The notes: generated from the sequence alone by a model not told the origin. 64,000 bases of DNA from Candidatus Omnitrophota bacterium (GCA_021108075.1 JAIORP010000068.1:74594-138593); one strand, 5' to 3'. Shown: positions 1 through 9,054, numbered from the stretch's first letter. Numbers and translations are program-made.

Positions 1-576
1 GAAATTGTCGCTCTGACCATCTTACAGGGATACGTTATAGCCCGCTTCTATTCGCACCGGGTGCTCATCAATCGAGGATTAGCCTTATTGTTGCTGGTTA
101 CCCTGATATCACTTTGGTATGTTTCGGTCTTTCCGGTGTTGGCCTTCCGGCACCAATATGCTTTAATTCCAGATTTTGCCCGCTGGGTTGGGCAATCCAC
201 TGAAAAAAACGCCAAGGTCATCGTAGGAGATGAAGGCGCATGGATCAGATATTACGGTCATCGTGATGTGCTGGAACAAGTCAAAACTATCAACTACCGA
301 CTGGAATTTAAAGAACAACTTGACATTTTACACCAAGATTTTGATCAGTATAAAAGAAAACTTTTAAATCTGCTCGACCAGGGCATTCCCATTTATATTA
401 CGGACATCGGACTCGAAAGCAACAACACGGATCATCTTTTCCAACGTTTCATTGAAGATAATTTTCAAATGGAAAACATTGGATCAGCACCCTTTGAAGT
501 ATGGAACCGGAATAGTATCCGCCACCGCGTGATAAGGGTCCGGCTATACAAAATGACACCCAAAGAGAACCCATAA
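1..576 (+). CDS. hypothetical protein, 5'-partial (the frame is open back to base 1)
   Basis: Frame 1 is open from position 1. The GTG at 61 is only the first in-window start. There is an N-terminal hydrophobic segment and no recognisable motif. Confidence 0.4.
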   Translation, partial: EIVALTILQGYVIARFYSHRVLINRGLALLLLVTLISLWYVSVFPVLAFRHQYALIPDFARWVGQSTEKNAKVIVGDEGAWIRYYGHRDVLEQVKTINYRLEFKEQLDILHQDFDQYKRKLLNLLDQGIPIYITDIGLESNNTDHLFQRFIEDNFQMENIGSAPFEVWNRNSIRHRVIRVRLYKMTPKENP

Positions 577-702
577 CCCCATGACGGCGCAACTCTGCGC
601 AGACCCGAATTCCAGTGTGGTCTTCCCACAAGAACGGGGCGGTGTAACCTATACTGCGGATAAGAGGGACGTGTTCACTACTGCGATCCTATGTCTGTTA
701 TA

Positions 703-852
703 ATACCAATTCCATTAAATAATGACCGATGTTAATTTCGCGTTTCTCGACGCTTCAACGAGAAACGCACCATTCAAATTGAAGACTTTAATAAATGGAT
801 TTGGTATAAATTGCTCTATCTTAATTCTGAAAAGCAGAATTGGTTTTGGTAT
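703..852. repeat. Degenerate or nested copies of the ~82-bp MITE-like element. One is a reverse-orientation copy whose core is replaced by the hairpin cgtttctcg...cgagaaacg. It abuts a forward-orientation core fragment.
   Basis: Terminal motifs ataccaattccattaaataatgacc (703-727) and aataaatggatttggtat (790-807) match the ends of the element family. Positions 808-850 match the family core (ttctatcttaattctgaaaagcagaattgg). Confidence 0.6.
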
Positions 853-1029
853 CTCCTTCATGATTTCCTGCAATGGGATAAATGGAAAATTTTACTCCAG
901 GAGGCTGTCCGAGAATAAATTTTTTGTTCAGATCAAAGCGCGAGACGACAGAAAACCGCAGGTGTACATGTGTACGTTGAGGATTTTTTGGAGTTTTGCA
1001 ACGTAGAACTGAATAAAAAGATCATTCTC

Positions 1030-2875
1030 GGACAGCCTCCTAGGAGCTTGTCCGAGAACTAGTTATTTCAAAGGACAACCTTGTTAAAAAACATAAAAAT
1101 TTGCAGTTAAAGCATAATGCGTTTAAAAAATATTTTCAAAACTGTTCTTTGACATAATGACAAAGCTTTTTCGTTAATTTTATGCCAGTGCTGGGGCTAA
1201 TCTTCCTGATTTAATACATACCGCTCCTCTGAAAATAGCTCTGGCTATCTTTAAAAAGTTATGTGCCATGCAAACCAAGGAAAATTCTCCGGCAACTTTT
1301 GGTGAGCCACGTACACTAAACTGTCTAAAACCAGTATTCTTGATTTGTCCGAATACAGGTTCGACAATGTGTTTGCGGTTTTTGTAAATTTCACCAGAAG
1401 ATTTTTGTTTCATTTTTTCAATCATGGCTGCACGTAAATGTTCTTTATCATCAACTGTAATAATTCGGGGTTCACCTTTTTGGGATTTGCAACATCGGCT
1501 TTTAGCAGAGCAAACATTGCAATCATATTTGCTCGCTTGATAAATTTTTCTTCCATTGGCTCGTTCTCTTTTTAATGGCAATGAATGACCTTCTGGACAA
1601 GTAAAACAATCTGTTTGCTCGTTGTATTTAAAATCTGATTTTTCCAACTCATGGTCATCATTTCTTATCTCTAGCGTCGTTGTTTCTTTAGAACAAGCAA
1701 CATAAGCATCAACTTTGGATTCTTCTAAAATTTCAAGATTAGTGCCGGAAAAATAACCATTATCCAGGCTCATTTTTTCAGGAAGCGTCTCTGTGTTTTT
1801 CTGAATTTGACCAAGAGCTTCTGAAACTTCATTTTTATCATTTGCTTTTTGACTGACATGTTGCCCGACAATTATTTGATTATCTTCATCCACGCTGATT
1901 TGAGGATTGTAGTTATAATCGAATTGCCCCTTTTTTCCCATAATGCGTGCATCATGATCAGCAAAGCTAATTTGTTTTTTATCTTCAATATTTTTATTGG
2001 GATTAAGTTCTTGTTCTCGTTTTTCTAAGGCTTCTTTAGCAGCCGTAATCTTTTTAAGTCGTTTTTCTTTATGTTTAAGATCCTCCGGAATTTCATAGCC
2101 TGTTTGATCTTTGTATTGCTGATCTTCTTCTTCGTCGCATTTTGCAGCTTTTTCTATAAGTTTTTCGATTTCATTGGTTAGTTGCTTTTCTTGCTCTTTT
2201 AATCGTTTATAACTCATTGCTTTATGCTTAGAGGTATTCGCTTTAAATTTTGAACCGTCAAGACTAACATGGCCTAGCGATGCTAATCCAGCTTCTATGG
2301 CCAATTGTACACTTTGTTTAAAACATGCCTTAAAAAATGTTTTATTGTTTTTTCTAAAGTCACTTAAGACTCTAAAATCGGGTTTTTGTGCATGAGCGAT
2401 ATACATAAAACTTAGGTCTTCTTTATTCTTTTGCTGAATTTCTCGTGCGCTAAAAATGCCTTGGCTGTAAGCATAAATTAAGATAGATGTTAACAATCGG
2501 GGATCAAAGGCATGCTGACCTTGATCACTATAGTTTTTCATGAGTGAAGATGTATCTATTTGTTGAAATATATCCTCAAAAATGAAACAATAATGATCCT
2601 TGGATAACAGATTGAATATATTTGGAGGAAACAGCATACCCTGCTGATATTCTTCTGGATCTTTTTTAAAAGGAATGTTCATGTTTTCTCCTGAGTTCAA
2701 TGGAATAATTATCGAATTAAATGATTTATTATATCCTGTTTTATCGTCGAGGTAAACATCGATTTTGATTATATTCAATATTTTTAAACAACTTACGTGA
2801 TAAAAAAATCAATTTAGAAGTAACGGATTCTACAAATAAAAACTAGTTCTCGGACAAGCTCCTAGGAGGCCGTCC
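1030..2875 (-). mobile_element. Insertion sequence, IS5/IS1182-like, ~1.85 kb, with 35-bp terminal inverted repeats
   Basis: IRL at 1030-1064 (ggacagcctcctaggagcttgtccgagaactagtt) matches the reverse complement of IRR at 2841-2875 at 34 of 35 positions. Each IR is itself an imperfect palindrome centred on cctagg. A single transposase ORF lies inside. Confidence 0.7.
1180..2778 (-). CDS. DDE transposase, IS5/IS1182 family-like
   Basis: The 532-aa protein has a C-terminal block (HIVEPVFGQIKNTGFRQFSVRGSPKVAGEFSLVCMAHNFLKI) typical of IS1182/IS5-group transposases. It is Lys/Glu-rich in the middle and is flanked by the TIRs. Confidence 0.75.
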   Translation of the reverse strand: MNIIKIDVYLDDKTGYNKSFNSIIIPLNSGENMNIPFKKDPEEYQQGMLFPPNIFNLLSKDHYCFIFEDIFQQIDTSSLMKNYSDQGQHAFDPRLLTSILIYAYSQGIFSAREIQQKNKEDLSFMYIAHAQKPDFRVLSDFRKNNKTFFKACFKQSVQLAIEAGLASLGHVSLDGSKFKANTSKHKAMSYKRLKEQEKQLTNEIEKLIEKAAKCDEEEDQQYKDQTGYEIPEDLKHKEKRLKKITAAKEALEKREQELNPNKNIEDKKQISFADHDARIMGKKGQFDYNYNPQISVDEDNQIIVGQHVSQKANDKNEVSEALGQIQKNTETLPEKMSLDNGYFSGTNLEILEESKVDAYVACSKETTTLEIRNDDHELEKSDFKYNEQTDCFTCPEGHSLPLKRERANGRKIYQASKYDCNVCSAKSRCCKSQKGEPRIITVDDKEHLRAAMIEKMKQKSSGEIYKNRKHIVEPVFGQIKNTGFRQFSVRGSPKVAGEFSLVCMAHNFLKIARAIFRGAVCIKSGRLAPALA

Positions 2876-2983
2876 ATAAATGTCTAATGTTAAAACACGG
2901 GCACTTCTCAGGGACGTTTATTTTTTTTAATCACACATTGTTTTGTGATAAAATACGAATAAGTTTATTACATACCATCAATT

Positions 2984-3065
2984 ATACCAAATCCATTAAT
3001 AAATTGTTCTATCTTAATTCTGAAAAGCAGAATTGGGTTTGGTCATTATTTAATGGAATTGGTAT
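2984..3065 (+). repeat. MITE-like palindromic element, full 82-bp copy, forward orientation
   Basis: Sequence is ataccaaatccattaataaattgttctatcttaattctgaaaagcagaattgggtttggtcattatttaatggaattggtat. It has ~17-bp terminal inverted repeats, an internal palindrome, and no coding capacity. Confidence 0.8.
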
Positions 3066-3235
3066 TATCAGACATATCTGATAAGTGATATTGCAGGCTG
3101 AAAGTGGTTTATTGTGTCCGTCCCTCTGATAAAATTAGCATTTTTTATCTGAAAGTCGGAGGGTTAGTTTTTTTTAGTCCTGAAAGTTTTATAGGTACGT
3201 CGTAAATTAATTATTATGAAAAAAATCCTTGAGAT

Positions 3236-3769
3236 ATGAAGATAAAAGAGTCAGAGGCTCAGAAACTCAAAATTATTAGACAAGTTTTTGTGCTTGAACT
3301 CATTGCTTTTATTTCCGTTGGTGCATACTTGTACCTACTGTTTGGCCATTGTATTAATTTTGGCAGATGTATTCTTACAATTTTAATTTATATGATCCCT
3401 GCACAAATTCCACTTGCATTCATTGTTATTGTTTATCACAAATTGATCAACCCTCCTGTTGTTAAGGAAAAAGTGCTATATGATGAAACTAATAAATTGA
3501 ATCATACTTTGAATATCTTCACAAAAACGTTTTTAATAATTTTAAAATGGATAGGGAGTTATGTTTTGTCATTCATTGTTCTTTTTTATGTATGGGCTCT
3601 ATATTGTTTCCATTCTACAACAAGTGAAGCAGGACAAGCTATGGGATTAGTTATTGGTTTGATTTATATCCTTATTGGATTGACAATACTTTTTATTATA
3701 GTTGGTGTTTTGAAGTTTCAAAAAAATAAAAAATTTAAAACATTCCAGCGGACCCAGTCACCGCCCTGA
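3236..3769 (+). CDS. hypothetical multi-pass membrane protein
   Basis: Four to five hydrophobic helices. No known motif. Confidence 0.45.
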   Translation: MKIKESEAQKLKIIRQVFVLELIAFISVGAYLYLLFGHCINFGRCILTILIYMIPAQIPLAFIVIVYHKLINPPVVKEKVLYDETNKLNHTLNIFTKTFLIILKWIGSYVLSFIVLFYVWALYCFHSTTSEAGQAMGLVIGLIYILIGLTILFIIVGVLKFQKNKKFKTFQRTQSPP

Positions 3770-3820
3770 GGTCTTCGCCTGTGCCGCTGGTTTCAAGTGT
3801 TGGGCCTTTGACGTACTCAA

Positions 3821-4684
3821 GTGGAGATTGCTGCGATGACGATCAAAAAAAAGGATCGGAAGCTTTTAGAAGCCGTGAAAAAGGTGGGCTACCAAGAAGG
3901 CGAAACGTTTTTTGGCGGCAGAGCGGTAAACGATATCGGCCTTGAAACAGTTCAGTCTTTGATACGGAACGGGGCAAATGTCAATATGCAGGATGAGGGA
4001 AACGGGTCGACGCCATTGATTCACGCCATTCAAAATTGTAATTTTAAAATTGCCGATTTCCTTATAAGTTCAGGTGCTGATGTTAACCTGCCCAATCGAG
4101 CCGGAGTCTCCCCACTGCACATGGCCGCCATGGTCAGTACTAAAGCGGTATCATTTCTCCTTGAAAAGGGAGCCGATTACAGTTTAAAGACAAAAGACGG
4201 CGTTTCAATTATTGAATGGGCGGAACAAAATAATCTCACAGGCGCTATCGAGACGATAATGGCATGGAAGAATAGGCCCCAGAAGAAGAATAACCCCATG
4301 GGCTTTCTGAAGAAACTTTTTGGCAAAAGAAAAATCACGGAAAGGTCAGTCGACGCCAAACAGTCATCGCAAGGGGCGAAGAAGCTGCCAGATATATTTT
4401 GCGTTGTGACTGATGTGCCTGTGGAAGATCCCGGCGGAGTTGGGAACAGTGTTCTGGATAAGTATGACATAGAAATAGGCCTTGATACGGCTGTTTTGGT
4501 GGTATGCAATAACCGTGTGGTGTGTCAGGCTGAACCGGACCTTCCCTATTTTATGGCGATAGCAATGAGAATAGCAAAGGATAAAGGGTGGCCTCAGGAC
4601 AAAATTAATTATGATAAAATTGTCTGTCGCAGATTTATAATAGATTCGCCCCAAAGAACCAGGGGGTATATCATGACCGTTTAA
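3821..4684 (+). CDS. ankyrin-repeat protein
   Basis: Three to four ankyrin repeats (GANVNMQDEGNGSTPLIHAIQNCNFKIADFLISSGADVNLPNRAGVSPLHMAA...LLEKGADYSLKTKDG) followed by a ~150-aa region of unknown function. Confidence 0.75.
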   Translation: MEIAAMTIKKKDRKLLEAVKKVGYQEGETFFGGRAVNDIGLETVQSLIRNGANVNMQDEGNGSTPLIHAIQNCNFKIADFLISSGADVNLPNRAGVSPLHMAAMVSTKAVSFLLEKGADYSLKTKDGVSIIEWAEQNNLTGAIETIMAWKNRPQKKNNPMGFLKKLFGKRKITERSVDAKQSSQGAKKLPDIFCVVTDVPVEDPGGVGNSVLDKYDIEIGLDTAVLVVCNNRVVCQAEPDLPYFMAIAMRIAKDKGWPQDKINYDKIVCRRFIIDSPQRTRGYIMTV

Positions 4685-4811
4685 GGTGAATAAAGGCATT
4701 GGGTCGGTTTACATTCTTGTCAGATTTTTGAAATGCTATGAGTCTAGAGCCTCATGACAACTGCCCAACAAGACAATCCAGAGGACGTTTTGCAACTGCC
4801 GCTGATTTCAA

Positions 4812-5468
4812 GTGTTGGAGACAAAAAACATGAAACATATAAAAATATTTGTAATAATTATTACGATTTTATTCCTTGCTTCCTATTCATATTCACAGAT
4901 TGAACATTTCGAAATTGGTAAAAATTTAGAAATATCATCAAAATTAATAAAAAAAATTAAAGTTGTGCTTCCTGAGGATTGGAAGATTAAAATTCAGGAA
5001 CAAAAGTTGCGATTCGAAAGGAAGAAAACAATTTCAGCGGTAATCATCGCTCCGAGTATGCCGCCAGGACTTGTAAAACCAAATGAAATTTTATACTATT
5101 GCGTATTGGCAGTAACAGAATTTATATCACCAGATACATTTGCAAAAATAAATAAAAATAATCTAAGATTAGAGAAAGAAGCTGAGTTATTGTATCTCGA
5201 GAAAAAAATTTATGATATTCCAGCAAAAAAATTCAAAGCGCCACCGTGGGAATATGAATATTATCCACGCACACCTGAAGAGTCATCAATTGTCGAGAGA
5301 TACAAATATTTGTATTCTCAAATCCAAATACTCCCAGACTACTATTGTAATGATCAAAGCTTCTTCTTTTATCAGCAAAGATTAAAATATAAAAACGTTA
5401 ATGAAGAAAAAGAATGTAAAAAAATAACACAAAGAATACTAGAATTATTAAATAAATATGAAAAATAA
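4812..5468 (+). CDS. hypothetical secreted protein
   Basis: N-terminal signal peptide (MKHIKIFVIIITILFLASYSYSQ). Lys-rich. No known domain. The start may be the internal ATG at 4830. Confidence 0.5.
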   Translation: MLETKNMKHIKIFVIIITILFLASYSYSQIEHFEIGKNLEISSKLIKKIKVVLPEDWKIKIQEQKLRFERKKTISAVIIAPSMPPGLVKPNEILYYCVLAVTEFISPDTFAKINKNNLRLEKEAELLYLEKKIYDIPAKKFKAPPWEYEYYPRTPEESSIVERYKYLYSQIQILPDYYCNDQSFFFYQQRLKYKNVNEEKECKKITQRILELLNKYEK

Positions 5469-5720
5469 AAAATTTCTAATAAATCGCTCTACACCGACCA
5501 AATTTACCGCCTAAAAAGCGGCGTCAAATCTGGAGGGAGGGCTTAAATGTTAAACGAATATGAAGATCGACTGGACTAAATCCCAACGAATAGAGTAAAA
5601 AGTTCGTAGACGCTGTCCACATCGGCCTTGATATCGAGTTGTTAGGAATAAAACCCGGGCCGAGGTGATGGATTGGATTGAAAATATAAATACGGCAGGG
5701 TTATATTAATGTTGGAACTA

Positions 5721-5802
5721 ATACCAAATCCATTAACAAATTGTCCTATTTTAATTCTGAAAAGCAGAATTGGCTTTGGTCATTATTTAATGGAATTGGT
5801 AT
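5721..5802 (+). repeat. MITE-like palindromic element, 82-bp copy, forward orientation
   Basis: Near-identical to the copy at 2984-3065. Confidence 0.8.
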
Positions 5803-5877
5803 AAATGGGGATAGATAAGTTCCAGACAGCGTCCGCGAATGTTTGTGACGCTTGTTTCAGATAGCAAGGAGTTGACA

Positions 5878-6462
5878 ATGAATGTTCAAAAAAAATGGCT
5901 TATGTTTATGACTATTTGTGTATTGTTTTTTAGTGATCCTTTGAACGCTTCTGCCGACAGATGTGCGGATGTCTTTGATAAAGGCCATCAGAAATTTAAA
6001 GCAGCTAAAGAAGCAGGAGGGCAAAAAAAATATAACCAATCGATTCGACTTTATAAAGAGGCGCAACGGCACTATTGGCAGGCTTCAAACATGATGAATT
6101 GCAAATGTCCTAAACTCAATAAGACGGCCAAGAATAATGTTAATATATGTGATGGCAATATTGAGATAATGAAAAAGAATCTGAAGACTCAAACGAAGTA
6201 CCAAAAGAATTTGAATACCGAGGCCAAGGCCTATGATAAGTATAATAAAGCCCAACGGATATTTGAACAGGGCGATTCATTTGCCAAACGAAAGCAATGG
6301 TCTCGGGCGTATGAAGCATATCGGGAAGCGGCTATGCTTTGGGAGAGCGTTGCAATGACAAACCGATCTGAAAATGGACGGAAGGCCAGGCAAGCTGCCC
6401 GGCAAGCACGCGATCTCGCGAAAAAAGCCCGGCAGCAAAAACGTCAATCGTCTGGAAGGTAA
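5878..6462 (+). CDS. hypothetical secreted Lys/Ala-rich protein
   Basis: AAGGAG RBS 7 nt upstream of ATG 5878. Signal peptide MNVQKKWLMFMTICVLFFSDPLNASA. Basic coiled-coil-like C-terminus. Confidence 0.5.
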   Translation: MNVQKKWLMFMTICVLFFSDPLNASADRCADVFDKGHQKFKAAKEAGGQKKYNQSIRLYKEAQRHYWQASNMMNCKCPKLNKTAKNNVNICDGNIEIMKKNLKTQTKYQKNLNTEAKAYDKYNKAQRIFEQGDSFAKRKQWSRAYEAYREAAMLWESVAMTNRSENGRKARQAARQARDLAKKARQQKRQSSGR

Positions 6463-6489
6463 ATTAAAATGGTTCGAAAAAAATGGGGT

Positions 6490-6540
6490 ATCGCAGACGC
6501 TGTATTGATCAGTATGAGGTAGAATCACATGCGAATAAAA
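6490..6540 (+). repeat. Left copy of a ~50-bp direct repeat flanking the GC-rich island. It contains a TAGAAT hexamer and a conserved hairpin.
   Basis: tcgcagacgctgtattgatcagtatgaggtagaatcacatgcgaataaaat aligns with 7962-8014 at ~85% identity. The stem tcgca/tgcga covaries with ttcgta/tacgaa in the partner copy. Confidence 0.6.
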
Positions 6541-6698
6541 TGCGGGTGTCTCCCCGTCTATACGCCTGTCAGCGGCGTCAGGATTTCGATCGAGGATGGA
6601 ATTGTTTTGTGAGTCTGAGGGCAGATTGTCGCTGCGGACAGCGTCTGCACCAGAATTCGATAAAGAAATATTAAGATTGATCTAATCGAGGGGGCCTT

Positions 6699-7958
6699 AT
6701 GACTAATGAAACGTCAAGACAAACTTCGTCCAGTTCTGGTCCTACGATCTTTCAAGCCTTTATTTGGGGTTTCATGGTCGCGGCGTTTGGCTCACTCTTC
6801 GCCTTCATCGGGAGCCTGATAAGCGATAAACCCGTGCTGCCCCCGGCAGCTGATACCCTTCACGGTGCTTCCACGCCCGCAGAGATGAATCGGGTTGTCG
6901 ATACGCTCCTCTCGGTTGGGAATTTGGCGATCGAACATGATAGCGCGCTGGTCTTGAAGCTGGGATTTACCATCATTGCCTTGTGCGTTCTGACCGTTAT
7001 AGCCACGGTGTGGATCGTCACTCATCGGCGACAGCTTCAGCGCGCGTTGGTCCCGACGTGGCACACGGTGTTACTGATCCTGATGCTGGCTGTGCCGCCT
7101 ATCATCATCACCGTTGGGGCTTGTTTCATGAAAGGCAGCTTGTTCCAGTCTTCTGAGATATCCCACGCCCTGCAAAACGAGAACACTCGCCCGCCGGTCG
7201 TCCGGAAAGGGGCAATGGTAACGGTGCTTATCCCGACAACCTTGCAGTCGTTCTTTGCTTATCACAAGTGTGATTCGTTTAAAATAGAGCATGCCATGGC
7301 TGCGTTGCCCTCGGGTGAGCGCATACCCGTGACCCTGGCTGATGCCCGTTTCAATGACGGCGGACGCAAGCCCGGCAGTACCGACTTCATCCCGCTGATG
7401 GAAAATGTCAAGCTGCGCCTGCAGTTCACCTTGCCGGATGACCCTGAACTTTACGGTGCTGTGATCGACCTGGGCGTTTCCGGATCGCTTAACCTGATTC
7501 CCAGCAGTAGCAAAGAACCGACAGACCGCGAAAATTTCGACATGACAGCGCGTTTTCGTGTCGCGCGTGACCAGGAAGCGGATTTCCAGGAAGACTACGA
7601 TGCGCTTACGTCGAGAGTGACGCGCTACAACTGGTTCTCTTTCCCTTCGGCTGGGTTTGCGATCCTTGGGATCATATTTTTCAGCCCGTGGATGTGCCGG
7701 AAATGCCGTGGGCGGGTCAGCGCCTTCAAGATCAGGGAAGATCATCTTTGTCCGAAGTGCTTTGAAGAACGGCAGAAGGCTGCCGAGGTTAAGAAGAAGA
7801 CCGCTGCGAAAAAAATTTTTTCCGCGCCAGCCACTGACGATCCAAAAAAGCAAGCTGCGCAGAATGAGGCTTCAAAGCTTTCCTGTCCGAATGGTCACGG
7901 GCCCTTACGATTGTGGGATGGCAAACTAAAATGTTGGACCTGTGGGTGGGAGTCCTAA
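6699..7958 (+). CDS. hypothetical membrane protein with C-terminal zinc-ribbon motifs. GC-rich and probably horizontally acquired.
   Basis: GC ~55-58% against ~38% in the flanks. Three to four TM helices. Cys pairs CRKCRG...CPKCFEE and CPNGH...CWTCGW. Confidence 0.5.
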   Translation: MTNETSRQTSSSSGPTIFQAFIWGFMVAAFGSLFAFIGSLISDKPVLPPAADTLHGASTPAEMNRVVDTLLSVGNLAIEHDSALVLKLGFTIIALCVLTVIATVWIVTHRRQLQRALVPTWHTVLLILMLAVPPIIITVGACFMKGSLFQSSEISHALQNENTRPPVVRKGAMVTVLIPTTLQSFFAYHKCDSFKIEHAMAALPSGERIPVTLADARFNDGGRKPGSTDFIPLMENVKLRLQFTLPDDPELYGAVIDLGVSGSLNLIPSSSKEPTDRENFDMTARFRVARDQEADFQEDYDALTSRVTRYNWFSFPSAGFAILGIIFFSPWMCRKCRGRVSAFKIREDHLCPKCFEERQKAAEVKKKTAAKKIFSAPATDDPKKQAAQNEASKLSCPNGHGPLRLWDGKLKCWTCGWES

Positions 7959-7961
7959 AAC

Positions 7962-8014
7962 GTTCGTAGACGCTGAATTGATCTGAATGCGGTAGAATCA
8001 CATACGAACAAAAT
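7962..8014 (+). repeat. Right copy of the ~50-bp direct repeat flanking the GC-rich island
   Basis: gttcgtagacgctgaattgatctgaatgcggtagaatcacatacgaacaaaat. The same core (gacgctg...ttgatc...ggtagaatcacat.cgaa) is present in the left copy. Confidence 0.6.
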
Positions 8015-8270
8015 ATAGAATAAGGGGTCACAACTTGGCAACCAGACTATCTTTACTCAAAGACCTGGGCCAAAGAGAGCCTGAAAAATGTGGTAGAATA
8101 ACGCGTGAAAGAGCCAGAAATAAAGGAGTAATCACCATCACCCTATTCATTCGACCCCGCCCGTCAACCCCGGTCCTGGGGGGCTTTTATGCGAAAGATT
8201 CTCTTTTTTTGTTAGTCCTGAATTTTTTAATGGGAAAGTCGTGGATTAATTGTTTTATGGAAGAAATACA

Positions 8271-8981
8271 ATGAAAGATATCAATGTCATAAATATCAAC
8301 AGTACTAATTTTTATTTACTTAAATGTAAAGAAGGTTATTTGCTTATAGATGCCGGGTGGGTTGGTAAATATAATAATTTTAAAAAGGCGTTAAGCAGAC
8401 TTAATATTAGCATCGATTCCATAAAATTTATATTGATAACGCATCACCATCATGATCACACCGCTCTGGTTCAAGATATTCGTAAAGAAACCAAATGTAA
8501 AATTATCTTACATAAATATGAAACCGGTTATATTGAAAAAGGAATTACCTGTATCAATGAAACCAGGCAGTTCAATATTTATTTACGCTTACTGGACAGG
8601 GTCCTCTCTCCATTTATTAAATATGATTACACTCCAATAGCATTGAATGAATCTGACATAATCATCAATAATGGTCATTACAACATTTATGACCTTACAG
8701 GAATAAAAGGGGAAATATTCCATACGCCGGGACATTCAAAGGGTTCTATTTCATTGCTGTTGTCAAATGGAGACGCTTTCGTCGGGGATGTCGCGATGAA
8801 CATCTTAAAAGTGTTTGGTCATAAATATCGACCGGTTGAAGCGGAAGATTATAGTGAAATATATAAAAGCTGGGAGAAATTAATTCAATACGGCGCAAGA
8901 AATATATATCCTTCGCATGGTCATAAATTTTCTGTTGACGAATTGAGAAAATGTTTATCAGAAGAAAGAAAGTTTATATAA
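8271..8981 (+). CDS. MBL-fold metallo-hydrolase
   Basis: HxHxDH motif (ITHHHHDHTALV) plus downstream His/Asp ligands (HTPGHS, GDVA). A ggaag RBS lies before ATG 8271. Confidence 0.8.
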   Translation: MKDINVININSTNFYLLKCKEGYLLIDAGWVGKYNNFKKALSRLNISIDSIKFILITHHHHDHTALVQDIRKETKCKIILHKYETGYIEKGITCINETRQFNIYLRLLDRVLSPFIKYDYTPIALNESDIIINNGHYNIYDLTGIKGEIFHTPGHSKGSISLLLSNGDAFVGDVAMNILKVFGHKYRPVEAEDYSEIYKSWEKLIQYGARNIYPSHGHKFSVDELRKCLSEERKFI

Positions 8982-8991
8982 TAATGGGATA

Positions 8992-9054
8992 ATACCAATT
9001 TTATTAAATAATGACCGGCATCGAAATAGAACAATGAATAAATGGATTTGGTAT
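8992..9054 (-). repeat. MITE-like element, internally deleted copy (63 bp), reverse orientation
   Basis: Both terminal inverted repeats are retained (ataccaattttattaaataatgacc ... aataaatggatttggtat). Confidence 0.6.

Noticed and set aside
449-631. Antisense or overlapping short ORFs in the track, for example 449-631(-), 4177-4509(-), 4364-4699(-), 5857-6072(-), 10797-11249(-), 13676-14071(-), 32371-32838(-), 53868-54299(-) and 55426-55872(-)
   Set aside because: Each lies inside, and antisense to, a longer ORF with recognisable protein features. They have no RBS, no start-codon context and no motif, which is typical of spurious ORFs on the opposite strand.
722-1006. 94-aa ORF overlapping the degenerate MITE copies
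   Set aside because: It reads straight through palindromic repeat sequence, and the same repeat is intergenic everywhere else, so it is very unlikely to be coding.
6500-6535. Reading TTGATC…TAGAAT in the direct repeats as a sigma70 promoter
   Set aside because: The spacer between the -35-like and -10-like hexamers is only ~9-10 nt, too short for a canonical promoter. I keep the TAGAAT hexamer only as an observation. (tgtggtagaat at 8088-8098 does look like an extended -10, but I did not list it as a feature.)
6483-6674. 63-aa ORF in the GC-rich flank
   Set aside because: It is made of the direct and inverted-repeat region (gacgctgt motifs). It has no RBS. It is more likely a non-coding structured or recombination site.
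7071-7853. 260-aa minus-strand ORF inside the GC-rich gene
   Set aside because: High-GC DNA produces long spurious antisense ORFs. The translation is Arg/Gly/Pro-rich and low-complexity. The plus-strand gene has TM helices and Cys-ribbon motifs.
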